Virus record (IMG/VR): IMGVR_UViG_3300042673_001035
Span: 1 to 64,000 of that record
DNA length: 64,000 nt
Direction: 5' to 3' (one strand)
Source of the DNA: a virus
A program made the translations under genes and the position numbers. Shown piece by piece: positions 18,846-28,959 of the stretch. The notes beneath the pieces were generated by a model. The model was not told the DNA's origin and did not search any database. It was given only the letters and a program-made list of their open reading frames with translations. Position 1 is the first letter of the stretch; each line of letters begins with the position of its first letter.

Positions 18846-20084
18846 TTAGAAGTCTAATTTAACTTTTATTGCAATTTCCTTATCAAATGATTTTTCAATT
18901 GGTTTAGAAACTTTAGCTACTGCTAATAATTCATTTGCATCATCATAAAGACCAACACTTGTAATGTATACTTTAGGGTCTCTTTCAAATAATGGTTGAA
19001 CAAACTCACCTACTAATCCTGTTACGAATGTTGGATTGTTTGAGAAATTGAATTCTCTATTGTTTGCTCTTACAAAATAGTGAGATGTAGAAACATTCTC
19101 AGTTCTTCTCATTTGGAAGTCTGCACCTGCACCAATTGAATTTAATAATGCAACTGAACCAGAGTTTGCACCATTATTTTGATGGTAGATATTTGTTATT
19201 GATGAATTAGCTGGTGCTAATTTTACATCAACTCTATTTTGTAATGCAGTTGGGTTTAACAATATAATTCCCATATCAGGATAGAATAAACCATATCCTT
19301 GACTTGAAGTTACATCAGAATAAGATGTGATACTTGAAGTTAATGCAGAACCAATATTTAATGTTCCTTCTACTACATTATAAACTCTACCTGCAGTTGT
19401 TACATTTTCATCAGAACCACCACTATCATCAATAAGTGTCAAAGAACCTTTTGAACCTGATAATTCTATTGAAAAATTACCTGGGTCTAATCTTTCTTTG
19501 TATCTAGCTCTGTTTACATTGATTACATAGAAATTTTGTAGGTTGTGTCCGCCTGCAGTTGAACCGGTATAAACACTAAAGAATGCATCAGAACTATCCA
19601 ATAAAACATTCTTAAATTGATTATAAGTTGCCTTTGTTGGTAAATTTGATGAATCAGTTTGTTGTAATGTAGGTGCACCATATCCATTCACATCACCATA
19701 CGCAATTGAGAATTGAACCTCAGCTGCAGTAGAAGATGTTGCAATGTTATAAACATCTAAATAATATTTACCACTAACACCCGATTGTTGTTCGGATGAT
19801 GTGAAAAATGCTGTTAAACTTCCCGTATCACCACTCCATATTCCAGAAGTTACGATTTCGGTTCGGTTAGTTACTTTGTCAATTGTACCAAATTTTTTGT
19901 AGATACCATTTGTAATTGTAGTGATATCCGAACTGATTTGTTCACCAGTTCCTAAAAATTGGTTTACGATTCTAACTAATTCGTTAGTATCTACTGGAGT
20001 TCCTGCGGTGTTTGCTGCACCGGCTAAGTAATTTGATATATTACTTGCTAATAGGGCTCCTCTACTGTCTCTTATTAATGCCAT
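18846..20084 (-). CDS. Virion structural protein (baseplate/tail-collar-like)
   Basis: EFNFSNNP...YITSVGLYDDANELLAVAK; paralogous to 17597-18772. Confidence 0.65.
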   Translation of the reverse strand: MALIRDSRGALLASNISNYLAGAANTAGTPVDTNELVRIVNQFLGTGEQISSDITTITNGIYKKFGTIDKVTNRTEIVTSGIWSGDTGSLTAFFTSSEQQSGVSGKYYLDVYNIATSSTAAEVQFSIAYGDVNGYGAPTLQQTDSSNLPTKATYNQFKNVLLDSSDAFFSVYTGSTAGGHNLQNFYVINVNRARYKERLDPGNFSIELSGSKGSLTLIDDSGGSDENVTTAGRVYNVVEGTLNIGSALTSSITSYSDVTSSQGYGLFYPDMGIILLNPTALQNRVDVKLAPANSSITNIYHQNNGANSGSVALLNSIGAGADFQMRRTENVSTSHYFVRANNREFNFSNNPTFVTGLVGEFVQPLFERDPKVYITSVGLYDDANELLAVAKVSKPIEKSFDKEIAIKVKLDF

Positions 20085-20093
20085 AGTATTTTA

Positions 20094-20717
20094 TTATTGA
20101 ACGTAAGTTACTGTGATTGGAATAGTTTGTGAACCACCCGTTTCGTTACCATAAACTGTAATAGTTGTTCTGATAGTCGAAGTTAATGATGGGTTTGGAA
20201 TAAATTTGAAAGTTAATCCTTTCGCGATTGCTGCAGTTGCAGATACATCGTCTCCGATAAATACTGGAACCGAACCAATTTCAGATGTTACACCTTCACC
20301 GATAATATCACCCGCATTTTTGTTAGATAATACAATTGTATATCCTAAACTTCTATTACCTGCAGGAGATGTAGTTGGAGATAATGCAACCTCACCACTT
20401 CTTTGATTAACCGAAATGTTAGGAACACCAAATTCAACAACTGGAATTCTAGTTGTGTTTTTTGGTAAAGTTACTAACTTATACTTCATTACTTGAGTCT
20501 CATCCGGATTAGCTTCCAACACAGGCATGTTTTTAATAGCTGCATCGTAGTAAGCTGAACCCAATGGGTGAGCTGGTTCGTAAAGTGTGTAATCAATCTC
20601 ATCATCTGCCAATGCAAATTGAGTAATGTTTAAACCTTGACCTGCTGCTAATTTTTCTCTACCTTTTTTGGTAAGAATAGCGTCAACGGTTAATTCTGTG
20701 TTACTTAAATATCCCAT
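20094..20717 (-). CDS. Virion structural protein (tail-collar-fibre N-terminus-like)
   Basis: ILTKKGREKLA.G...ITQFALADDEIDY; ATATTTAT upstream at 20739-20746. Confidence 0.6.
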   Translation of the reverse strand: MGYLSNTELTVDAILTKKGREKLAAGQGLNITQFALADDEIDYTLYEPAHPLGSAYYDAAIKNMPVLEANPDETQVMKYKLVTLPKNTTRIPVVEFGVPNISVNQRSGEVALSPTTSPAGNRSLGYTIVLSNKNAGDIIGEGVTSEIGSVPVFIGDDVSATAAIAKGLTFKFIPNPSLTSTIRTTITVYGNETGGSQTIPITVTYVQ

Positions 20718-20764
20718 AGTATAATATTATCTTTGTTTATAAATATAATTATTTTGAAATTTCG

Positions 20765-23700
20765 TTATTCTACTTCTAAAATTGGTTCAGAAGTATTTCT
20801 ACCTGTTCTATTTACAGTTAATGTATTTGGATTAGATACAAATATTTCAACAGGTGGTGCACCATCTAAAGTAGTTGCAGCAGTGTTTTTTGAACCTCTA
20901 AAGAAACTATTTTCTAATCCCTTTGTCAAATCCGATGTATTTCTATAATGTGTTGGCAAATACCCACTCACAGGTTTTACTGCAATTATATTACCTTGTA
21001 TAACAGGAACTATTGAACCACTAAATGGCTGAATGTTTAATTTAGTTTCAGTATAAGTTTGAATATCGGAAATATATCCACCTCTAGGGTCACCTAATCC
21101 ATTTGCAGATGCCGTTACCGCAAATTTGGTAACCATTCTTTCTTTCTCTTCGGTAATCAATTGAACTCTAATTCTTTCCGTTACTCTCCTATTATCTTTA
21201 TCAAAATAAGTTCTAATTGCATTACCATCCTGTGCATAAATACCAAATCCAATGGTTTCGTATGCAGTTTGACCATATGTTTCAATACCTAAATCTATTT
21301 CCGTTGTAATTGTCGGTTCATCTAATCCCGCATCTATTGTTACATCTTGTTGATATGATTCAGCATTTGTAATCGTAGTATCGTTGTTGTTAATTAAACT
21401 ATCGTATTGATATGAGTCTGCAATTAAATTTTCAGAAAGATTTGCATCTACTATACTATCATATTGGTTATTTTCTCCAATTATATTTTCTGAAAGATTT
21501 GCATCAACTATACTTTCGTATTGTGTGTTATCAGCACTTAATATAGTTGTATCTTGATAATGTATTGTTACATCTTGTTGATATTCGTCACTTGTTGGTT
21601 TCTTTTGTGCAATCTTACTTCTTTCTAAAATATGAGGTTCGATTAATAAACCCGTAGTAGCTTTAACTCTTGCAGGCAACATTTTTTTAATATCCTCAAA
21701 CATAGATTTCTCATATAGTTTGATTAAATTGATATATGCATAGATGTCTCTATTATCATATCTTTGGAAATAATAATGTCTTAATTCATCCAATCTCTTA
21801 TAATTTGACTTATATCTATCCGATGGGTCTCCTATATAGTTATCCAAATTCAATCCACCTAAAGATTTTGCAATATCAATATTCAATTCTTTTGTAGGAG
21901 AGAAAAATAAACCAACTCTATTAGAATCCGTTGGTGATTGGTCAAATGATTTTTTAGTTGCTCTACTCTTTGAAGATAAATCCGACACCAATTCTTGTGA
22001 CTCAAATCTAACTTTATTTGTAGAATATCTCGTAGAACCGGCATCTGGAATTTCCAATACAACGGTTCTATCTATTGCTTCAAATTGATGTGGATATGTT
22101 GATATAGATGTAAATCCACCAACTGAAGCTGATAATAGTGGTTGCACATTCATTGAATACAATGAAGAGGTTGTACCATTTTCATAGTCATTTCTAGTCA
22201 ATCCACTCTCAAAATATATATTTGTATCCACATTTGGCAAAGTTGTATATGTTGCCAAATTTTTAGGATATTCAAAATCTAATCTAAAATATAAATCATC
22301 AGTAGATGCGGATGTATGATTTCCGTTAATCATTTCCGGAAAAGAAACGTGTTCAAAGAATCTTTCTTTATCCAATGGAGTTGACCACAAACGAAACTCA
22401 TCTACACTACCACTATAATTTCCACCCAATCTAATAGTTGAACCACTTTCCCAATTTGATGATGTTAATGATAAAATAGATGTTGATTGAAATATAGTTT
22501 TTTCTTTATCTGCCTGTCTTAAATTTAAAGACATAGTAACATCACTACCACTTGCAGTTAATCTACTAATTTCAACACCAAAAAATGAGTCGTTAAAAAT
22601 AGGTAATAAACTTGATGATACGGATTGGGATGCAATATTAAGAATTACATTACCAAATTTAGAATCAACTGAACCACTTAATTTAACATTCCAATTACTT
22701 CCGGATATTAGAGTAAAATCACCACTATATGCAGGTTTTACAAATAATTCAATTGTATCTGGTTTTCTATTTTTTTCCGTATTTTGCCAATTTAATTGAA
22801 CATATGAACCACTAACCATTTTTAATGCAGTAGTTATATTTTCAAATTCAAATTTAGTTTTATTCGTATCAGTAACTTCAGGACCACCAAACTCTAAAAT
22901 TGAAAGATTTGATGCAGGTACTCCATAACATGCTAATAATGCATAAACACCTCTTCGTGTACCTTTGTGTTTTAGTAAATATGGTATGTTATTTGCAATT
23001 CTTCTCCAAACTTCGTATGTTCTTTGTTTAGCCGGATTTGTTTCTTTTATTTTACCATCCGAATCCATACCAAATACATAATTCCAAAGTTGTGAATCTG
23101 CAGCTAAATTTTTAGCATCCCAATTAAATGATTTTAATATGTCAAATAATAACTTATCCGAAACATTTTTTGATTTATACCCCAAACCTCTACTTCTTTC
23201 TATTGCCTTTGTATGAAAGTATATATTATCAAAGTGATGACCTATCATTGATAAAAATAATAAAACATCTTCATTTTCAGTATTATTTACAATATGTTGA
23301 GGTATATTGTTTATTACATTATCTCTATTTTCTAAATCATAATCAGTAGCTAAATCTATTATATTGTTATACCATTGTGTCACATTTGAATCCGTACTAG
23401 GTTGTCTATTATCACCGGAATAAGGCCAAGACATTGATGATGATGTGTATAAGAACATATCAAATCCATCAAATCCTTGTATAATTTGTTCCTTCTTTAT
23501 TCTATTTCTTTCAACATCCTGAATAGACGATATTGATGATGTATATGACGATGGTATACCAACCGATGCACTAAAATTTGCAACATCCGTAGATGAACTC
23601 AATATTAAATGTTCATATCCTTCAATCAATTGTACTTTATATACAAAATTGTCAACTCTTTCCTTTGCAGAACTAAAATGTACAAAATTAGGCCATTCGT

Positions 23701-25384
23701 AATTATCAGAACCACTTATGTAATATTCAATATTTAAACCATCGGTACTTATTAAAGACGAACTTAAATATTGTGAAACCAATCCACTTGACGATGAAAC
23801 CGATGCACTTAGTATCAATTCATCCAACGATTCGTAGTTAGTAGATTTACCTTTTGTAAAATCTATATCTATATCGAAATTTGGCCCCTTTAGAGGAGGA
23901 CATATTAAATTCGATTGTTCCGATAAAACTACCGTCTCAATTAATGGATTTGTTAATAATTTAGTAATCCAAAGAGTTGAATTTTCGGTTATATTTGCAG
24001 GAAGTGGTGAGTACAATTTCAATATTAAAGACTCAACCTCTTTGGTGACAATTGTATTTCCTAAAGCATCTTCTCCCTTATCAGATAATGTAAAATTATC
24101 CTCTTCCCATGATGAAACTATTATTTGTTCATCATTACCAAAGTTTGCAAGATGAGTTAGATATTTACTTTCCTTTTCCGGTTCTGTGAATTTTACATTT
24201 TCAACAAATGCATCAAATAAAGTCTTTTTAAGTATATCTTCATCTAATCTTATACTTGATAATAATAATGATGTTTTTATTTCATATTCATTACCAACTA
24301 ATTCAACTGCACCACTTCTATTATATGGTTTTACGATAAAGGTTACATTATCACTACCAGCCCATGTTGGAAATTTAGTAGTTAAATCTTTTAAATTTAT
24401 TTTAATTTTACCATTTGCAGGTAATGACTTAAATAATTGAATTCTACTTTTGTCCTTTGCAATTAAATCAATATCAACTGATGAAACTGCAAATGAATTC
24501 CACTCTACATCATATTCTAAATTAAAATCCGAAAATGAGGGAACATCTATACTATTAGGAAATATAATTTGAGTAATTGATGGAAAATCATTTACACTAT
24601 TAAAATTAACAATAATGTCTGTCTTATTTCCTGTACCATATGCATTACTATATGGAACTACTATTAATTTTTTACTACCATATATCCCTGCAAAATCTTT
24701 TTTGAATGATAAATCAATGAACCCCTTAGTTGCAGGAACTGTTATTTTACTATTCGTATTTAAATAAAAATCAACAAAATCAGCATTAGATGAATTAAAT
24801 GGTATATTAACTATTGTATCTAAATCGGAATCTTTTACATTGTAGTCGTATTTTGTACTTGTAATAGATACGATTGGTTGTTCGGATAGTATTGTTTTTT
24901 GCATTACAACCGATACTGCAAATCCACCTGTTAATAATTCGGTAGCTGGTATTGATATGAATTTGTCACCAACTGTCCACTTTGAAACATCTTTTGAATT
25001 TTTCTCTGCAACTTGTCTGTTTGCATAAAATATTTTTAAAATTTTATAATTACTCGGAAGTGTTCCTTCTACATAAATTCGTAAATTTGAATTTGTAAGA
25101 TTTGATTTTAATGTATTTTTACCATCTGTATTATAATCGGCCAAACTTATGGTATCAGTAGATATAATAGTATCACCAGAAACTATCTCATATTTTAATT
25201 TTAATAAATCACCAACTTCATTTTGTAAATTAGATGCAAATACAATCTCATAATTAACTAAATAATCCACAGTCAATGGTTCATTGGTTGGTGTGCTACC
25301 AGATGGTAGTGGAATAAATCCAATTTCACCACCGGTATTTATACCACCATATCCTAATCCTATATCTTCTGTACTTTCTACCAT
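20765..25384 (-). CDS. Large baseplate wedge-like protein with LamG-like domain and ~19-aa repeats
   Basis: LLKHKGTRRGV wedge-type motif; YSGSVDEFRLW; QY(E/D)SIVDANLSEN repeats. Confidence 0.6.
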   Translation of the reverse strand: MVESTEDIGLGYGGINTGGEIGFIPLPSGSTPTNEPLTVDYLVNYEIVFASNLQNEVGDLLKLKYEIVSGDTIISTDTISLADYNTDGKNTLKSNLTNSNLRIYVEGTLPSNYKILKIFYANRQVAEKNSKDVSKWTVGDKFISIPATELLTGGFAVSVVMQKTILSEQPIVSITSTKYDYNVKDSDLDTIVNIPFNSSNADFVDFYLNTNSKITVPATKGFIDLSFKKDFAGIYGSKKLIVVPYSNAYGTGNKTDIIVNFNSVNDFPSITQIIFPNSIDVPSFSDFNLEYDVEWNSFAVSSVDIDLIAKDKSRIQLFKSLPANGKIKINLKDLTTKFPTWAGSDNVTFIVKPYNRSGAVELVGNEYEIKTSLLLSSIRLDEDILKKTLFDAFVENVKFTEPEKESKYLTHLANFGNDEQIIVSSWEEDNFTLSDKGEDALGNTIVTKEVESLILKLYSPLPANITENSTLWITKLLTNPLIETVVLSEQSNLICPPLKGPNFDIDIDFTKGKSTNYESLDELILSASVSSSSGLVSQYLSSSLISTDGLNIEYYISGSDNYEWPNFVHFSSAKERVDNFVYKVQLIEGYEHLILSSSTDVANFSASVGIPSSYTSSISSIQDVERNRIKKEQIIQGFDGFDMFLYTSSSMSWPYSGDNRQPSTDSNVTQWYNNIIDLATDYDLENRDNVINNIPQHIVNNTENEDVLLFLSMIGHHFDNIYFHTKAIERSRGLGYKSKNVSDKLLFDILKSFNWDAKNLAADSQLWNYVFGMDSDGKIKETNPAKQRTYEVWRRIANNIPYLLKHKGTRRGVYALLACYGVPASNLSILEFGGPEVTDTNKTKFEFENITTALKMVSGSYVQLNWQNTEKNRKPDTIELFVKPAYSGDFTLISGSNWNVKLSGSVDSKFGNVILNIASQSVSSSLLPIFNDSFFGVEISRLTASGSDVTMSLNLRQADKEKTIFQSTSILSLTSSNWESGSTIRLGGNYSGSVDEFRLWSTPLDKERFFEHVSFPEMINGNHTSASTDDLYFRLDFEYPKNLATYTTLPNVDTNIYFESGLTRNDYENGTTSSLYSMNVQPLLSASVGGFTSISTYPHQFEAIDRTVVLEIPDAGSTRYSTNKVRFESQELVSDLSSKSRATKKSFDQSPTDSNRVGLFFSPTKELNIDIAKSLGGLNLDNYIGDPSDRYKSNYKRLDELRHYYFQRYDNRDIYAYINLIKLYEKSMFEDIKKMLPARVKATTGLLIEPHILERSKIAQKKPTSDEYQQDVTIHYQDTTILSADNTQYESIVDANLSENIIGENNQYDSIVDANLSENLIADSYQYDSLINNNDTTITNAESYQQDVTIDAGLDEPTITTEIDLGIETYGQTAYETIGFGIYAQDGNAIRTYFDKDNRRVTERIRVQLITEEKERMVTKFAVTASANGLGDPRGGYISDIQTYTETKLNIQPFSGSIVPVIQGNIIAVKPVSGYLPTHYRNTSDLTKGLENSFFRGSKNTAATTLDGAPPVEIFVSNPNTLTVNRTGRNTSEPILEVE

Positions 25385-25408
25385 TTATTGTTTTTTATAA
25401 ATATTTTA

Positions 25409-26710
25409 TTATCTAATATTTTCTACTCTACCCATTCCACCATCCGTTCTTTCTCTGCCATCATTCGGGCCATCAAATCCGTCAAATGGATTTCCACCAC
25501 CTCCGGAGTTGCTACCACCACCAGTTCCACCACCTGGTGCAATATATCCACATGTTGGTGAATTTGATGCAATCAATGATTCATATGAACCACCACTTCC
25601 ATCTGCATATTTTCCATATTGGTCATATCCTTTACACAATGTTGAAAGTAATGTACCCTTTGCAGGATAAATTATTCCCAAATTAGAATCATCAAATACT
25701 GTAACTGAACCCGTTGGTGAATAAACATTTATTTTGGTTTCTGTGAATGTTGAAAATGATTCTAAATTATTTTGTATTTGTTTTTGTAATTCTGTAATTG
25801 CAAATTCTTTTGGTAATTGTTTTACTTCAACATTTCGTCTTTTCAATACTTTTGAATTGATATCAATACAATTATTTAAAATCTTTTGAATTTCAGACAA
25901 CATCACATTGTAATCATATACTTCAAAATCATCAAATCTAGTTTCAGATTGTTTACCGAAAGTAGATTCCCCAATAATATAATATTTGTTAGTTAAATAA
26001 TATCCAACTGATAATTTAAAATCTTCAAATATTTTTGTTCTAAATGTATCAAATTTAGTTAATCCAAAGTCTTTTCTTAAAATTGCAAAAAAATCTTTAC
26101 CAAATTTACTTTCTAAGTATGAATCTATTTTAGTTAAAAAAGAATTTTCATATGCATTTAAAGAATCTAATATAGAAGTTTTATAATATAAAAAATCTTT
26201 ATTTAAACTTTTAAGATTTTTAAATTGTCTATTAGTTATTGAATTGATATTAGAATCTTTAGTTTTTAAAGGTAAAATTCTTATCTCATTTCTGGATGGT
26301 GAAACTTCTTGTATCCAAACTTTTGTCAATTCGTTTTCACTACCAACTTTTTGTTTTACAAAGTTTATATTAACTTTAAGAATTCCATTTTTAAATCCCA
26401 ATGCATTCAATAATTTTTCAATATCAATTGCTAATTCTTTTTGTCCACCTTTATTTGTAATATTATAAAGATATTTTTGAATGTCACCTTTTTTAATATA
26501 TGCAACATTATTCCCCGACTTATGTGGTAACAAATTATTGTTAATATCATAAACCGATACTTCCATAACATCATATCTACTATTACCAAAATCAGCTTTC
26601 TCTATTTCATTTTTGGATAATATAAATAAGTCTTTATCATCAATAAACTTTCCCTCGTTTGTTGAGTTATTATTGATTGAATCAATGTTTGTATATTTCG
26701 TAATACTCAT
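25409..26710 (-). CDS. Hypothetical structural-module protein with Gly-rich tail
   Basis: 433 aa within baseplate gene block; IQEVSPSRNEIR. Confidence 0.55.
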   Translation of the reverse strand: MSITKYTNIDSINNNSTNEGKFIDDKDLFILSKNEIEKADFGNSRYDVMEVSVYDINNNLLPHKSGNNVAYIKKGDIQKYLYNITNKGGQKELAIDIEKLLNALGFKNGILKVNINFVKQKVGSENELTKVWIQEVSPSRNEIRILPLKTKDSNINSITNRQFKNLKSLNKDFLYYKTSILDSLNAYENSFLTKIDSYLESKFGKDFFAILRKDFGLTKFDTFRTKIFEDFKLSVGYYLTNKYYIIGESTFGKQSETRFDDFEVYDYNVMLSEIQKILNNCIDINSKVLKRRNVEVKQLPKEFAITELQKQIQNNLESFSTFTETKINVYSPTGSVTVFDDSNLGIIYPAKGTLLSTLCKGYDQYGKYADGSGGSYESLIASNSPTCGYIAPGGGTGGGSNSGGGGNPFDGFDGPNDGRERTDGGMGRVENIR

Positions 26711-26723
26711 AATCTATTTAAAT

Positions 26724-27875
26724 TTAAAAACCTTCATACGATTTAGGATGTGCAATTTTTAATCGAGTTTTAAAATCTCTTGAATCAGAAGTACCATCCG
26801 CTCTAGTCACCTTTATATTAAGTACACCATCAAAGAATTCAGTATTTTGTCTTTTAGCAAATATAATTTTTTCAGGAGTTTCTATAAAAGTTATTTCTTC
26901 CGTTGAACCTGCAGTTATTTTAAATGATTCTTTTGGAGCTTTAAACCAAGCTTGGTCACTCTTATATTCATTTAAAAAAGTTGAAATACTTTCCGCTCTG
27001 AATTTTGTAGTTAAAGTAACAGTTACAGGTTCTAAATCATTATTTATTAATTTTAAATTTTTACCATATACCCATTCTTTTGCTCTATCTCTTGCATTCT
27101 TAATTTTATAAGCCATTACCGGATCGTTTGCCGAACCTTTTGCTAAGAAGTTTGCAGTTACTATTTTATTGATAATAGTTCCACCTTGACTTTGTGCAGT
27201 TTGTTCTAAGTCTTTTTGTTGTCTTACTGCACCTAATTGGGATTGTAAACCTTCTATAATTGCATTTAATGAATTTATTTGTTGAATTAATGCCTCAATT
27301 TGTGCTTTAAATCCTGTCTTTTGTGATTGTAGTGATGCTCTTAAAATACTTTCATCAACCGATTTTTGTAATGATGTAGAAATTTGACTTGTAAAATCTT
27401 CTATCGTTGCATTTAAAGTTTCAATTTGATTAACCAATAAATCATTTGTTTGTTCAATACTTAATCTATTATTTATTTCAGTTTGAACTTGTGCTTGTAG
27501 AGTTGTTATCTGAGTATTTAAATCGGCAATTGTTAGTGTTAATCTTTGCACTTGCTTTCTTAAATCTTCAACCAAATTAACCTGTTCAGTGTATAATGGT
27601 CTTGGAACTAAATCTAAATTGGCAGTAGGTATATTTGGTAATAATTCTTTAACTTCAACATCAACCGCCTTTACTAATTCTTCATTATCGTATTTATCTT
27701 TTGTTAAACCTTTGAAAACCAATGATGATGCAACATTGTTAGAATCGACAACATTTATACCATATTCATTTCTTGAAATTGCAGCCGAACCCGACACACT
27801 TAAAATACTTTCTAAGTCATTCTGTCTTTGGGTTGCTATTTTTTCAGAAATTGTTTCTAAAGTTGTCAATGCCAT
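26724..27875 (-). CDS. Coiled-coil structural protein
   Basis: Long heptad region followed by a beta-rich C-terminus. Confidence 0.55.
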   Translation of the reverse strand: MALTTLETISEKIATQRQNDLESILSVSGSAAISRNEYGINVVDSNNVASSLVFKGLTKDKYDNEELVKAVDVEVKELLPNIPTANLDLVPRPLYTEQVNLVEDLRKQVQRLTLTIADLNTQITTLQAQVQTEINNRLSIEQTNDLLVNQIETLNATIEDFTSQISTSLQKSVDESILRASLQSQKTGFKAQIEALIQQINSLNAIIEGLQSQLGAVRQQKDLEQTAQSQGGTIINKIVTANFLAKGSANDPVMAYKIKNARDRAKEWVYGKNLKLINNDLEPVTVTLTTKFRAESISTFLNEYKSDQAWFKAPKESFKITAGSTEEITFIETPEKIIFAKRQNTEFFDGVLNIKVTRADGTSDSRDFKTRLKIAHPKSYEGF

Positions 27876-27876
27876 T

Positions 27877-28959
27877 TTAAACTATTTCAAATATTAATTT
27901 ATCATCTATAATAGTAGATATACCACTTTCAACTATTTTTAGTTTTAATTTGTAAGTTCTATTGATTGGATATGTTGATGTATCTAAATTAAAATAGTTT
28001 GATGTACTATCACAACTTAACTTAGAATAATCTCCAAACGGAACAATTATTTCATTTGTTATATAATCTTCTATTTGATAATATACTGAACCAGATGGTA
28101 AATATTTAGATTGGTCGTATTGAAATGTAGTACCAAATGATTTTGAAGGATATGCATCTCTACCCTTAACTCTTATTTTTATTTTAGAGTTTGCAGGATA
28201 TTCTTTCTTAAGGTTTGTAACCACTACTTTATAACCCTCTTCGGCCGATCCTGTTACCGGTGTTAAACTTCCAGTTATAAATGCACTATCATCCCAAACT
28301 AACTCTAATTTAGGTTCGTATATCGTATTTGTTTCCTTTGAAAAGAATTTTAATAAACCATAATCTAAATCATTGTTTTCTACATCAATACTATGTCTAA
28401 CTATAAATCCATTATTCTTTAAAGAACCACTAATCCATTGATGAATTATATTGGTCACATTCATTCTAATATCATCCGGTTCATTACTAAAAGATTGTGT
28501 TGCAGAACCTGTAATAAACCAAGTACCACCTTCTGCATTTGCTGAACCCGTTGTGCCTGCTGTAAATACTGCTGTACCTGCCGTTACATTATCTTGCCAT
28601 GTATTTATTCCATCTCTGTATTTCCAACTAATTCCGTCTGATGTTATATTGTCAAATTTTGTTCCTGTACCCATTGTCCAACTTTGAGAAACTGCATTTG
28701 CATAAATTGAATACTCTAATGGAATTTCTTGTGAGTTAGCAGAACGTAATACTAAATATGTTTGCCAACTACCTGTTCCTATTGATGTTATTTCTGACTT
28801 AATTGAACCGGTGTCGAATTTAATTAAAGTTCTTGCTATATCTTTTGAAGAACCATAATAAAGTTTACCTACTTCCAATATCTCATCTCTACCTGCGTTT
28901 TGTTCAGGTTGTTGAAGATATATACTTGCGTCCAATGATGATGTGAAAAATTTATGCAT
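27877..28959 (-). CDS. Virion protein with DNRLRE-like domain
   Basis: DASIY...EQNAG..EILEVG...RTLIKFD...NNGFIV...FFSKE...PKLEL. Confidence 0.55.
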   Translation of the reverse strand: MHKFFTSSLDASIYLQQPEQNAGRDEILEVGKLYYGSSKDIARTLIKFDTGSIKSEITSIGTGSWQTYLVLRSANSQEIPLEYSIYANAVSQSWTMGTGTKFDNITSDGISWKYRDGINTWQDNVTAGTAVFTAGTTGSANAEGGTWFITGSATQSFSNEPDDIRMNVTNIIHQWISGSLKNNGFIVRHSIDVENNDLDYGLLKFFSKETNTIYEPKLELVWDDSAFITGSLTPVTGSAEEGYKVVVTNLKKEYPANSKIKIRVKGRDAYPSKSFGTTFQYDQSKYLPSGSVYYQIEDYITNEIIVPFGDYSKLSCDSTSNYFNLDTSTYPINRTYKLKLKIVESGISTIIDDKLIFEIV